Below are positions 1 to 9,865 of a stretch of DNA of 64,000 nt, in pieces. The DNA is from Bacteroidota bacterium (GTDB lineage: Bacteria; Bacteroidota; Ignavibacteria; UBA10030). Made by a program: the position numbers and the translations under genes. The number at the start of each line of letters is the position of its first letter. Position 1 is the stretch's first letter. The stretch spans positions 1,251 to 65,250 of the forward strand of contig JBEKOB010000008.1 in NCBI GenBank assembly GCA_049522195.1. The letters are read 5' to 3'. Below the pieces are notes generated by a model, which did no database searches, had not been told where the DNA came from, and worked only from the letters and a program-made list of their open reading frames with translations.

Positions 1-2
1 TC

Positions 3-206
3 TATGGTATGCCTATTCTCAACGCCGATCAGGCACGAACGGTCGTCATCTGCAAGCGGAGTTTGGGAGCGGGGTTTGCGGGAGAGGACAACGAATTGTT
101 TTACGACAAGAAGACGATGATGGTCTTTGGCGACGCGAAGTCGACCCTCACTTCGCTGGTGCAGCTGATGAAGAAGCAGGAATTAGATGTGAAAAGCGCT
201 GCCTAG
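3..206 (+). CDS. pntB: NAD(P) transhydrogenase beta subunit, C-terminal end (gene starts left of the window)
   Basis: The frame is open from the window edge. The tail MPILNADQARTVVICKRSLGAGFAGEDNELFYDKKTMMVFGDAK matches, from memory, the conserved PntB C-terminus (MPVLEVWKA..VIV.KRS...GYAG..NPLF....T.MLFGDAK). Confidence 0.6.
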   Translation, partial: YGMPILNADQARTVVICKRSLGAGFAGEDNELFYDKKTMMVFGDAKSTLTSLVQLMKKQELDVKSAA

Positions 207-210
207 CAAA

Positions 211-270
211 ACTTCGAAAAACAAACCGCCCCCGAAGAGAGAACTTCGGAGGCGGTTATTCGTTCGTTTT
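211..270. terminator. Bidirectional rho-independent terminator between the convergent pntB and PAP2 genes
   Basis: 14-nt arms AACCGCCCCCGAAG (224-237) and CTTCGGAGGCGGTT (244-257) pair with one mismatch. A T-rich tail lies on the + side (cgttcgtttt) and an A-rich tract on the left gives a U-run for the - strand. Confidence 0.7.
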
Positions 271-292
271 GAATTGAGTTTTGGACTATCTG

Positions 293-1273
293 CTAGAACG
301 CCATTGCAAAGTGAACACCTCCACCCCCCTGCCCGTCGAAATGAGGAGACACCGAAATCTCGACTCCCTTTTCGTCCGGACCCTTTGCGAAGTCGGGGAT
401 TGAAGGATGTGCGGCGAGCTTACCGAAAACATACCCAAGAGCAATACCGACCGGAAGATCACTGTACCAATGCATTCCCTTCGCTACCAGACCTACTCCG
501 AGTGCGCCCGTCAATGTATATCCAAGAGGCTTGATCCATCGTTCCTGGGGATAGTTCTCTGCGAGGACGGTCAGAGTCGCCATCGCTGTTGAGATGTGTC
601 CTGAAGGAAACGCATAATAGCTTGGTGGGTGCTTGTCGTATTGTTGAGTGCGCGGGAAAAACTTCCATCGCCCTGCGCTGTGTGTTGTCGCTGCAGCAGG
701 GCTTTCCCTGCCGGTAACACGTTTCAGAAGCTGCACCGTAATGCCTGTGGCAAGAAACGCTTCAACCGTCTGGCTTGCGACACGAAGCGCCTTTGGATCG
801 TCCGAAAGCCAGCCATACCCTGCAAACACAGTTGCGATCCCAAGATGTACCCTTCCGTCCCCCAGCGCAACCGCATAATCGCTTGCGTCCTTGAATGTCG
901 TCGACGTTCTATACAGCCTCCGGGTTCCTCTCCAGGTCGAGTTGTCTGTACGCATCAGTGAAAACGTCAACACGCCGATGCTGGCAATAGTCGGAACGCT
1001 TTCGGTTCTCAGCGAGAGGCTCGCGCTGCGCGACCAGTCATTCGGCAGCTGCGTGAACATGCTATACCACCGCCCTGTTCCCTGCTGGTTAAGAATACCA
1101 AGATTGAGTGATGGCTGCACTGGGGAGCTCAGGTTCATATGCTGTAGCTCATCATCGAACAACACAGGCTCTTGCTCAACTTGCTGACTGACGCAGGTAT
1201 GCGTCAGCGCAACGACAACGAGCGCGATAAAGAAGACCCGGACGAGCGTTTGAGAAAAGGCTGCAAGTATCAT
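293..1273 (-). CDS. PAP2-superfamily phosphatase, secreted or membrane-anchored
   Basis: PAP2 signature motifs are present in order: KRVTGRESP, PSGHISTAM, HWYSDLPVG. The N-terminus is hydrophobic. Confidence 0.8.
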   Translation of the reverse strand: MILAAFSQTLVRVFFIALVVVALTHTCVSQQVEQEPVLFDDELQHMNLSSPVQPSLNLGILNQQGTGRWYSMFTQLPNDWSRSASLSLRTESVPTIASIGVLTFSLMRTDNSTWRGTRRLYRTSTTFKDASDYAVALGDGRVHLGIATVFAGYGWLSDDPKALRVASQTVEAFLATGITVQLLKRVTGRESPAAATTHSAGRWKFFPRTQQYDKHPPSYYAFPSGHISTAMATLTVLAENYPQERWIKPLGYTLTGALGVGLVAKGMHWYSDLPVGIALGYVFGKLAAHPSIPDFAKGPDEKGVEISVSPHFDGQGGGGVHFAMAF

Positions 1274-1330
1274 AGTGTTCGTGGGGATTGAGTTGATGAG
1301 AAATCCTCTCTTCGTTCCCAGCCCCGATCC

Positions 1331-2311
1331 TTAGAATACAATCGCCATTGACATTCCTACACCATTTCCATTGACCGCGGGAGCAACGCTCACATGGGGA
1401 GCATTCTCGTTCACAGAGCCGGACGCGAGAAGGCCCTCCGGATGAGCGGCAATCATGCCGAACGCATATCCAATCGCCAATCCGAGCGGATAATCGCTGT
1501 ACCAGTGTATTCCGCGGTTCACCATCCCGACACCGACAAGTCCGCTCACAACATATCCGACAGGCCGGATCCAGGTCGTCTCAGGGTAATTCTCCGCAAC
1601 GACAATCACGGTCGCCATTGCTGTGCAGATATGTCCCGAAGGAAACGCATCGTACGCCGGAACGTGCTTGAGGTAATCAATTTGATTCGGAAAAAACCGC
1701 CACGTGCCTGCAGGAGATGTCCGCGTGAACGGGCTCTCACGCCCCGTGATATGCTTCAGAAGCTGGACAACTGCGCCCGAAGAAAGGACGGCCTGCACAA
1801 TCTGACTGCCTGTCCTGAGGGCACGATCATCATCCTTCAGCAATCCGTACGCAGCAAATACACCTCCCAACGCGAATTGCGATTTTCCATCCCCGAGGCT
1901 GACAAAAAAATCGCTGACACCAGAAACCGTCTGGGAATTCTTGTACCAGCGATCGGAAACTTCGTACGTCGCTTTGTCCGTGACGAGTAGCCCCGCGGTC
2001 AGAACACTGAGACCGACAAACTCCGGGATTCTGTTTATCTGAAACTTGATCGTATAGTACTGTTTTAAATCACCAGGTATGTTGGTGATCATGCTATACC
2101 ACTTTATCTCCGGTTGCTGCAACGGACGGGCGATTGAATCTGCCTGGGAAATGCCGCTGCCGGAGCGCACGACTGCCAACAGCGTATCGGCTGACATCTC
2201 TTGTGGATCAACAGAGTGTTGTCTCGACCATGCCACGGTGTGCATGAATAGAACGAAACAACAGAGAACAGTACCTCCCACTACCCGGATGTTGCATTGA
2301 TGCGTCATCAA
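1331..2311 (-). CDS. PAP2-superfamily phosphatase, tandem paralogue of 293..1273
   Basis: It has the same motifs (KHITGRESP, PSGHICTAM, HWYSDYPLG) and the same 326-aa ORF length, and it aligns along its length with the neighbour. Confidence 0.8.
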   Translation of the reverse strand: MMTHQCNIRVVGGTVLCCFVLFMHTVAWSRQHSVDPQEMSADTLLAVVRSGSGISQADSIARPLQQPEIKWYSMITNIPGDLKQYYTIKFQINRIPEFVGLSVLTAGLLVTDKATYEVSDRWYKNSQTVSGVSDFFVSLGDGKSQFALGGVFAAYGLLKDDDRALRTGSQIVQAVLSSGAVVQLLKHITGRESPFTRTSPAGTWRFFPNQIDYLKHVPAYDAFPSGHICTAMATVIVVAENYPETTWIRPVGYVVSGLVGVGMVNRGIHWYSDYPLGLAIGYAFGMIAAHPEGLLASGSVNENAPHVSVAPAVNGNGVGMSMAIVF

Positions 2312-2674
2312 TCACTCTCGCTCGGCACATACTGAGGTACGTATGTGCCGAAGCCTCCGCACATCGCCACCTGATAAAAACAATCTGTTAAAATTACGAC
2401 AAAAAAGCCTGAAATGGAAGTTTTTTGTTGATGTCCTCCCTGGGAATTCATAGTGCTGCCCGGGAAACCGAATCATTGTGAGACATCCCCAAGCCTTGCG
2501 TGAAAGTGTCTCCGGGTTTCCCGATCAATCAGCGCTGTCAGCCAAGCCGCCGGATACCAGCGCATCTCTTAGCGAAATCCATTCTCAATGTAATTGGCGG
2601 GAGCAGGGAGGCTCCTGAGGTTAGGCCCTCGATTGATGCATTTCTGAGTAATCTGGCAATGCTCCCTCGGACCG

Positions 2675-3601
2675 TCAGATCTTCTCTTGCTTCGGCCACT
2701 TCAGGGACGCGAGCACAGACAGAAGGATGACCCCTCCCACGATGACCAGCGTCAGAACAATAGAGATTGGATACACCCCGGCAAGGAGCATCTTCAATCC
2801 TACGAACGTCAAGACGATGGCAAGTCCTATTCTAAGGTAATGGAAAAGGTTCATGAGTCCCGCGAGAGCAAAATAGAGGGACCGCAAGCCAAGGATGGCA
2901 AAAATATTCGATGTGTAGACGATGAAGGGATCTGTGGTGACCGCAAAGATTGCTGGTATTGAATCGAGCGCGAACAGAAGGTCGCTGCTCTCAACAACAA
3001 GAACAACGATGAAGAGCAGTGTCGCGAAGCGCCGGCCATCGTGCTTCAGGAAAAACCGTGACCCGTGGTAGCCGGAAGTAACGGGAACGAATCTCTTGAA
3101 CATGCGGACAAGGACATTCCGTTCCGGACGCACTTCCGCGGCCTCATCCTGAAATGCCATCTTGACGCCAGTGAACACAAGGAAAATCCCAAAGACATAC
3201 AGAATCCAGTGGAATTTCACGATCAGCGTCACGCCGAGACCGATGAGCAATCCTCTCATCACCTGCGCACCAATGATCCCCCAAAACAGGACCTTGTGTT
3301 GGTACTGCGTGGGCACCTTGAAGTACATGAAGATCAGGAGGAAGACAAAGAGGTTGTCAACGCTCAGCGAGAGCTCGATCAGGTACCCGGTGAGAAACTG
3401 AAGTGACGTTTCCCTGCCATGCCAGAAATACAGACCGACGTTGAAGAAAAGGGCCAGCGAAATCCAGACAGCGCTCCAGCCGAGCGCTTCTTTAATTTTG
3501 ATCTCACGTTCTTTCCGCTGGAACAGTCCGAGGTCGACCAGCAAGAGGGCGATGATGAAGACGGTGAAGAGGACGTAGAGAAGAGGTGTGGCCGGAACCA
3601 T
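2675..3601 (-). CDS. TerC-family integral membrane protein
   Basis: Multi-pass membrane protein carrying the TerC hallmarks LSVDNLFVFLLIF and SSDLLFALDSIPAIFAVTTDPFIVYTSNIFAILGLRSLYF. Confidence 0.8.
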   Translation of the reverse strand: MVPATPLLYVLFTVFIIALLLVDLGLFQRKEREIKIKEALGWSAVWISLALFFNVGLYFWHGRETSLQFLTGYLIELSLSVDNLFVFLLIFMYFKVPTQYQHKVLFWGIIGAQVMRGLLIGLGVTLIVKFHWILYVFGIFLVFTGVKMAFQDEAAEVRPERNVLVRMFKRFVPVTSGYHGSRFFLKHDGRRFATLLFIVVLVVESSDLLFALDSIPAIFAVTTDPFIVYTSNIFAILGLRSLYFALAGLMNLFHYLRIGLAIVLTFVGLKMLLAGVYPISIVLTLVIVGGVILLSVLASLKWPKQEKI

Positions 3602-3703
3602 GGCTTCAATTCACTCCAGTCCGATGTCGGTACAAGTCTGAAGCTTGAAACGACGAGGATTGACGTATGAACACACCACCAAGACTCAAAAGGTACCCCA
3701 CGG

Positions 3704-4258
3704 TTAATGCCCCTGCTCACTGTCGCGATATTTCAACTGGACCGTTTTCGCGAAAGCTTTCGAAGCCCTCGCAACGGCGCGGCGCGCCTCGACCACTCCG
3801 TGCCAGCCGAAGCTCTTCACGTGCTTCCCCTCGAGTTCCTTGTAACTCATAAAAAAGTGTTCGATCTCAATCAACGTATGCCGGGGGAGTTCTTTCACCG
3901 ACTTAATGGTGGCGTATGTAGGATCTCCCTTGGCAACAGATATCACTTTGTCGTCCGTCCCTTTTTCATCCTGCATCTTCAGGATCCCGATCGGACGCAC
4001 TTCGATCATGATCCCGGTCTGTAACGGCTGATCGATAACGATCAGCACATCCATCGGATCCCCGTCATCATACAACGTGCTGGGAATGAACCCGTACGCT
4101 TCGGGATAGTGCATGGAAGAATACAACACGCGGTCGAGCTGGAAGACGCCGAGTTCCATGTTGTATTCATATTTGTTTCGACTCCCCTTTGGAAGCTCAA
4201 CGACAGCGTTGACGACACGGGGAGAATCGTCACCAATCGGGAGGTACTTCAGATTCAC
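3704..4258 (-). CDS. ppa: Soluble family I inorganic pyrophosphatase
   Basis: NAVVELPKGSRNKYEY and YDDGDPMDVLV motifs. The GTG start overlaps the stop of the upstream permease (GTGA at 4255-4258). Confidence 0.9.
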   Translation of the reverse strand: MNLKYLPIGDDSPRVVNAVVELPKGSRNKYEYNMELGVFQLDRVLYSSMHYPEAYGFIPSTLYDDGDPMDVLIVIDQPLQTGIMIEVRPIGILKMQDEKGTDDKVISVAKGDPTYATIKSVKELPRHTLIEIEHFFMSYKELEGKHVKSFGWHGVVEARRAVARASKAFAKTVQLKYRDSEQGH

Positions 4259-5751
4259 TGTGTTAACCCCTGCTTTGAGCCGGAAAACATCTTCCAGATG
4301 TAATACACCGGAATTCCCAGTAGGACAATGACCAGGCCGGAGCCTGAGTATTTGTATTTGTAGATCAGGAGATCCACGGCGATTGCCGAGGCGCAGAGAA
4401 TATAGAGCCCGGGCAGAATCGGATATCCAAATGCTTTGTACGGTCTCTCCGCATCCGGCTTCTTCTTCCTCAGGATGAAGATGCCGATTACGGTCAGGAC
4501 GTAAAAAATGAGGACAGAGAATATTACGTAATCGAGAAGATCATTGTACGTACCTGACAGGCAGAGGAGGCTTGCCCAGACTCCCTGAACAACCAACGCC
4601 GTGCCGGGAACCGAACGCTCGCTCAGTGTCCCAACTTTCTTGAAGAACACTCCATCTTTCGCCATTGCGTAGTACACGCGCGCACCAGCCAGAATCAAAC
4701 CATTGCTGCATCCGAACGTTGAAACCATAATGAGAATAGCCATGATGACCGCTGCTGGCTCTCCGAAAATCACCGTCACAGCCGCCGTCCCTACCCTGTC
4801 CGAACTTGCAAATTGGATTCCCCTTCCCACAAGGTCTGTCGCATCCGGTGATCCGAGCACTGGCAGGACAAGGATATACGCGACGTTTGCAAGCAGATAG
4901 AGAACTGTCACCACTCCGGTCCCAAGCACGAGGCTCAGCGGTATGTTCCGCTTCGGATTGATCACTTCACCTGCCGTAAACGTAATGTTGTTCCAGGCAT
5001 CGCTCGAGAAGAGAGATCCCACCATCGACGTTCCGATGGCGGCGAGCAACATCAATCCCGAGAGAGATTCCACCGAGACAATCTTGCCGCTCGAGACATG
5101 TGTCCACGTTGCTGCCCAGAAGTTTGCCAGATTCGTGTCAATTGCATGGGCGTTGCGTCCCACGAGAATACCGAGAAGAATCAACCCAATGAGCGCAGCT
5201 GTCTTTGCAATCGTAAAAATATTCTGGACAATCTTCCCTTCGCGCAGACCCCGTGAATTAACGAACGTCAGGAACGCGATACAGACAATGGCGACCACCT
5301 GCGCTGCTGAAATGCGCAGGCCAAGGATCTCGAGGAGAATCCGGTTTTCGCCGAGGCCAGGGATCAAGACTGACGTGAATCGTGCGAAGGCAACGGCTAC
5401 CGCGGCAATGGTGCCGGTTTGAATAACGAGAAACGAGGTCCACCCGTACAGAAAGCCAACGAGTGGATTATATGCCTCACGCAGATAGACGTACTGCCCG
5501 CCTGCGTGAGGCATCATGCCGGCGAGCTCACCATAGCTGAGCGCGCCGGTAATGGTAATGAGACCTGTGATAAGCCAAACAAGCAGGAGAAGCCCGGGAG
5601 AGCCCACGGTCCGCGCGATATCGGCACTAACAATGAAGATTCCCGATCCGATCATCGACCCGATAACGATCATCGTCGAATCGAGCAGTCCGAGTCCGTG
5701 CTTGAATTCGCGCGACGTTGCCGTCGTGGTCTTATCATCTGCCCGAATCAT
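4255..5751 (-). CDS. APC-superfamily amino acid permease (LAT/SteT-like)
   Basis: 12-TM-type protein with N-terminal IGSMIGSGIFIV and PHAGGQYVYL motifs typical of APC permeases. An ATGA overlap links it to the upstream gene. Confidence 0.85.
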   Translation of the reverse strand: MIRADDKTTTATSREFKHGLGLLDSTMIVIGSMIGSGIFIVSADIARTVGSPGLLLLVWLITGLITITGALSYGELAGMMPHAGGQYVYLREAYNPLVGFLYGWTSFLVIQTGTIAAVAVAFARFTSVLIPGLGENRILLEILGLRISAAQVVAIVCIAFLTFVNSRGLREGKIVQNIFTIAKTAALIGLILLGILVGRNAHAIDTNLANFWAATWTHVSSGKIVSVESLSGLMLLAAIGTSMVGSLFSSDAWNNITFTAGEVINPKRNIPLSLVLGTGVVTVLYLLANVAYILVLPVLGSPDATDLVGRGIQFASSDRVGTAAVTVIFGEPAAVIMAILIMVSTFGCSNGLILAGARVYYAMAKDGVFFKKVGTLSERSVPGTALVVQGVWASLLCLSGTYNDLLDYVIFSVLIFYVLTVIGIFILRKKKPDAERPYKAFGYPILPGLYILCASAIAVDLLIYKYKYSGSGLVIVLLGIPVYYIWKMFSGSKQGLTQ

Positions 5752-7520
5752 TTCTTGCGAACCGATCCAACGATCATCAATACGACGCCAATTGCAAGGA
5801 CACCAGCAGTAACATAGAGCGTCGACTTGGCAAAGTCGAGTGTCGCAGTTTGTTCTGCAACGAGCTTGTGAGTCTCAATGTAGGAATACGCCCAGATAGC
5901 CGTGAGAGAAGAGACAATGTTCAGCGCTGCACCAAAGACAATGAGTCTGCTCCGGCTCTCAAGCCCCTTCGCAAGTTTACTATGGTATCTGCCGTACGAG
6001 AAGTAGGTCGTCAATCCGATGACAAGCCATATGATAAGTCGAAGCCATGTATCCAGTGGCAGAAACAACATGAGCGCCGATGAAACCACTATGCCCATGA
6101 TTGGGACGAACGGGACCCAAGGGGTCTTGAACGGCCGAGCGAGATCCGGTCTTCGTCTTCGAAGAAGCCACACACCCGCACAGACTATGACGAATGCCAG
6201 GAGCGTGCCGATGCTCACCAGTTCTCCGAGAACATTGATCGGCAGAAGGGCTCCGAAGAACGCCACAAATCCTCCCACGATCATCGTTGAGATCCACGGT
6301 GTCCGGAAGCGCGGATGCACTTCGCCGGCCCATTTTGGCAGCAGGCCGTCATGAGCCATTGAATAAAACACGCGGGACTGGCCAAGCATCATCACCAACA
6401 TGACGGTTCCAAGGCCAAAGATCGCTCCAAGTTTTACCAGGAATCCACCCCACTTGATTCCAGTCGCATCGATACCAACAGCCACTGGATCGGATACGTT
6501 GAGGCTGGTGTATGGAACAACAGCAGTCAGAAGACCCGCAACAACAATATAGAGAATGGTGCATATGAACAGCGATCCCATAATACCAATCGGCATGTCC
6601 TTCTGCGGATTTTTTGCTTCCTGTGCCGCCGTCGAAACAGCATCGAATCCGATATAAGCGAAGAAAATAACGCTTGCAGCCCGAGCGATGCCAGACCAAC
6701 CGAATTTTCCGAACTCGCCAAGGTTGGGGGGAATGAAGTGCTTCCAGTTCTTCGTAATCGTTTCATCAGGATGAGTGAACACAAAGTAACCAACGATGCC
6801 GATGAAGATCATCACAATGGCGAGCTTGACGATGACAATTGCGGAATTGAAGTTTGCTGATTCTTTGATGCCGATCACCAATATGGTCGTGATGCCCAGG
6901 ATCGCAAGGAATGCCACGAGGTTGAATGATGCCACCATGTGTGGAAGCTGGGCAATTTGGTCGGCGGTCAGTGACGTTTCCAGTGTAGCTTTGATGCGGT
7001 CAAAGTGCTGCCAGTTATCCTGGTACCAAACCAAGGCGGTACCCGGCGCACCCGTAAGCTGCGGCGGTATGTGAATACCGAAGTCATTCAAGAAACTGAG
7101 GAGGTAGCCACTCCAACCCGACGCAACGGTAGCAGCACCAAACGCGTACTCCAGTATGAGGTCCCAGCCGATAATCCAGGCAAAAAGCTCCCCCAGAGTT
7201 GCGTACCCATAGGTGTATGCCGATCCTGCAATCGGTATCAGCGAAGCGAATTCTGCGTAGCAGAGACCCGCGAAAACGCAGGCAATGCCTGCCAACACAA
7301 ATGAAAGAACGATTGCGGGTCCTGCGTAATTCGCGGCCGCGGAGCCTGTAAGCACAAAAATGCCAGCGCCGATGATGGCTCCGATGCCGAGCGTGATGAG
7401 GTTGACAGGGCCAAGAACTCGCTTCAGTGAGTGCTCACCACTCTCCTGTGACTCACGAAGCAGGGCGTCGAGCGGCTTCGTGACCAAGAGTCGAGACAAC
7501 GCAGAATCCTGATTACTCAT
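5748..7520 (-). CDS. APC-superfamily amino acid permease (cationic amino acid transporter-like)
   Basis: ITLGIGAIIGAGIFVLTG, LCYAEFASLIPIAGSAYTYGYATLGE and GWDLILEYA motifs; long C-terminal TM extension. Confidence 0.85.
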   Translation of the reverse strand: MSNQDSALSRLLVTKPLDALLRESQESGEHSLKRVLGPVNLITLGIGAIIGAGIFVLTGSAAANYAGPAIVLSFVLAGIACVFAGLCYAEFASLIPIAGSAYTYGYATLGELFAWIIGWDLILEYAFGAATVASGWSGYLLSFLNDFGIHIPPQLTGAPGTALVWYQDNWQHFDRIKATLETSLTADQIAQLPHMVASFNLVAFLAILGITTILVIGIKESANFNSAIVIVKLAIVMIFIGIVGYFVFTHPDETITKNWKHFIPPNLGEFGKFGWSGIARAASVIFFAYIGFDAVSTAAQEAKNPQKDMPIGIMGSLFICTILYIVVAGLLTAVVPYTSLNVSDPVAVGIDATGIKWGGFLVKLGAIFGLGTVMLVMMLGQSRVFYSMAHDGLLPKWAGEVHPRFRTPWISTMIVGGFVAFFGALLPINVLGELVSIGTLLAFVIVCAGVWLLRRRRPDLARPFKTPWVPFVPIMGIVVSSALMLFLPLDTWLRLIIWLVIGLTTYFSYGRYHSKLAKGLESRSRLIVFGAALNIVSSLTAIWAYSYIETHKLVAEQTATLDFAKSTLYVTAGVLAIGVVLMIVGSVRKK

Positions 7521-7627
7521 GCGACAAACCTCCTTTTGTTGGTGAAAAAGCGGATTCCAAGAGGGAGAACTACGACGTTTTCAATTCTAATTGTTTTTGC
7601 ACTCGGAAACAAGCGAATAGTGCCTCT

Positions 7628-7668
7628 GCAAACAGCAAAGCCGCCCCGAGTGACTCCCGGGACGGCTT
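7628..7668 (-). terminator. Rho-independent terminator after the H+-PPase gene
   Basis: On the - strand, AAGCCGTCCCG - loop - CGGGGCGGCTT (11 bp, one G.U) is followed by TTGCTGTTTG. Confidence 0.6.
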
Positions 7669-7699
7669 TCGCAATTCATATCGTCGAAAAGTTGCTGGC

Positions 7700-9865
7700 T
7701 TAGATGAACAGGGGTGCGAGAACCAGCGTGAGCGTGCTTAACAGTTTGATCAGCACGTGGAGTGATGGACCTGCTGTATCTTTGAATGGATCACCCACCG
7801 TATCGCCGACCACCGCAGCTTTGTGAGCTTCCGACCGCTTGCCACCGAACATTCCGGTTTCAATGAGCTTCTTTGCGTTGTCCCATGCACCACCACCGTT
7901 GTTCATGAACAAGGCCATCAGAATCCCCGTGATCGTGGCCACCATCAGATAGCCTCCAATCACTTCTGCGCCCGTCGCTCCGTCAACCGGGCTGCCTGTG
8001 AGCACGTAGAGCCAGCGGAATCCAATTCCAACTGCAAGTGTCATGAAGACAACCAGGAGACCGGGAAGAACCATCTCCTTCAACGCCGATTTCGTCACAA
8101 TATCAACGCACTGCCCGTAGTCAGGCTTCGACGTTCCCTGCATAATGCCAGGATTGTTCCTGAACTGCTCGCGGACATTATTGATAACTGCATATGCCGC
8201 CCGCCCTACTGCGCGGATGGCCAGCGAAGAAAAGAGCATCACGAGCATCGCTCCGAACATCGCACCGACGAACACTGCTGGTTTCGACAAGTCGATGGCG
8301 CGCAGATCAAATCCGTAATTACGTACTTCATCGAAGAATGCGCTGAACAGAAGAAAGGCTGCCAGTCCGGCTGAGCCTACGGCATATCCTTTTGTCAACG
8401 CTTTGGTCGTGTTGCCAACCGCATCAAGACGGTCTGTTTTCTTACGGACTTCCTCGGACTGCTGGCTCATTTCAACAATGCCGCCAGCGTTGTCCGTGAT
8501 CGGTCCGAACGTATCCATCGCAAGGATGTATGCGGCTGTTCCCAACATGCCCATGGTGCCAACAGCTGTCCCAAACAATCCTGCGTGCGCCAAACCCGAA
8601 AACTGCCCAAGAAAATAGGTCGAAACAATCGCAGTGCCAATAACGAGCACCGGTAATCCCGTCGATTCCATGCCAACCGCCAGTCCTGCGATGATCGTTG
8701 TTGCTGGTCCGGTCTGAGAAGCTTCCGCTATAAAGATAGCGGGACGGTGTGTATAGTCGGTGTAGTACTGGGTGATATACACGAACGCTATCGACGTCAG
8801 CACGCCGATGACGCCGCACAGGAAGAAGTTGAAGTAATATTCGCTTCCAAGCAGCCAGCGCGAGGCAAAGAAGAACCCGATCATCGCAAGTCCCGCCGCA
8901 ACGTAGTATCCGCGGTTCAGAGCTTGCATTGGATCTTCCTGTTCGTTCGTCTTAACGACGAGTATTCCGACAGCTGATGCGATAATTCCAAACGCACGAG
9001 CGACAAGCGGAAACAGGAGAACACTGATCATCGACATGCCGTGGCTCACAAAATAGCTTGTATTTGACATGTAGAGCCCGGCAGCCAGAATCATTGCGCC
9101 GATGTTTTCGGCGGCAGTCGATTCAAAAAGGTCTGCACCACGACCTGCGCAATCCCCGACATTGTCACCGACGAGGTCGGCAATGACGGCCGGGTTGCGT
9201 GGATCGTCTTCCGGAATTCCCGCCTCCACTTTGCCCACAAGGTCGGCGCCGACATCGGCTGCTTTCGTGTAGATTCCGCCACCAAGCTGGGCGAACAGAG
9301 CAACGAAGCTCGCTCCAAATCCATATCCGACAATGAGAAGCGGGATCTTCGAAAGGTCTTTCGTCACGTCATAGTAATTGACAATGGCGAAAAGCCCGGC
9401 AACACCGAGCAAACTCATCGCGACCACAAAGAACCCCGACACTGCACCGCCGCGAAGGGCTGTCTGGAGAGCACCGTTGATTCCTTTCAGAGCTTCGGAT
9501 GCAGTCCGAATATTGCTCCGAATCGATATCCACATTCCCATGTATCCGGCAGCGACAGAGCAGGTCGCCCCGAGAGCAAATGAGAGCGTCGTCCAGAATG
9601 CTAGCGCGGCAGGAGCAGCAGGATCGTGAATCGTAGGAGTTCGGACAAACGCATACAGAACGTAGATAAGAGCCGCTAGCGCGATGGCAAGAACGGCGAT
9701 TGTGCGGTTCTGTCGCCGTAGGAATGCTTCAGCGCCGGCCTTGATAGCGTCGGAGATCTCTCTCATCCGCTCGGTTCCAACATCGCGTCGCATCACATCG
9801 CGTAGCAGGTACAACGCAAAAAGAAGCCCGAGGACACTAATGCCAAGAACGAGATACAATTCCAT
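7700..9865 (-). CDS. hppA: Membrane-bound proton-translocating pyrophosphatase, K+-independent type
   Basis: GGIYTKAADVGADLVGKVEAGIPEDDPRNPAVIADLVGDNVGDCAGRGADLFES and GDTVGDPFKDTAGPSL motifs. The start is taken at MELYLVLG (ATG 9863-9865, preceded by GAGGG); the 34 codons upstream in the ORF track look like read-through. Confidence 0.9.
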   Translation of the reverse strand: MELYLVLGISVLGLLFALYLLRDVMRRDVGTERMREISDAIKAGAEAFLRRQNRTIAVLAIALAALIYVLYAFVRTPTIHDPAAPAALAFWTTLSFALGATCSVAAGYMGMWISIRSNIRTASEALKGINGALQTALRGGAVSGFFVVAMSLLGVAGLFAIVNYYDVTKDLSKIPLLIVGYGFGASFVALFAQLGGGIYTKAADVGADLVGKVEAGIPEDDPRNPAVIADLVGDNVGDCAGRGADLFESTAAENIGAMILAAGLYMSNTSYFVSHGMSMISVLLFPLVARAFGIIASAVGILVVKTNEQEDPMQALNRGYYVAAGLAMIGFFFASRWLLGSEYYFNFFLCGVIGVLTSIAFVYITQYYTDYTHRPAIFIAEASQTGPATTIIAGLAVGMESTGLPVLVIGTAIVSTYFLGQFSGLAHAGLFGTAVGTMGMLGTAAYILAMDTFGPITDNAGGIVEMSQQSEEVRKKTDRLDAVGNTTKALTKGYAVGSAGLAAFLLFSAFFDEVRNYGFDLRAIDLSKPAVFVGAMFGAMLVMLFSSLAIRAVGRAAYAVINNVREQFRNNPGIMQGTSKPDYGQCVDIVTKSALKEMVLPGLLVVFMTLAVGIGFRWLYVLTGSPVDGATGAEVIGGYLMVATITGILMALFMNNGGGAWDNAKKLIETGMFGGKRSEAHKAAVVGDTVGDPFKDTAGPSLHVLIKLLSTLTLVLAPLFI

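Noticed and set aside
3602-3703. Possible yybP-ykoY (Mn2+) riboswitch in the leader of the TerC-family gene
   Set aside because: TerC genes often carry this riboswitch, but I could not find the conserved core (GGGGAGUAG-type junctions) in the - strand of this 102-nt gap. A cmscan against RF00080 would settle it.
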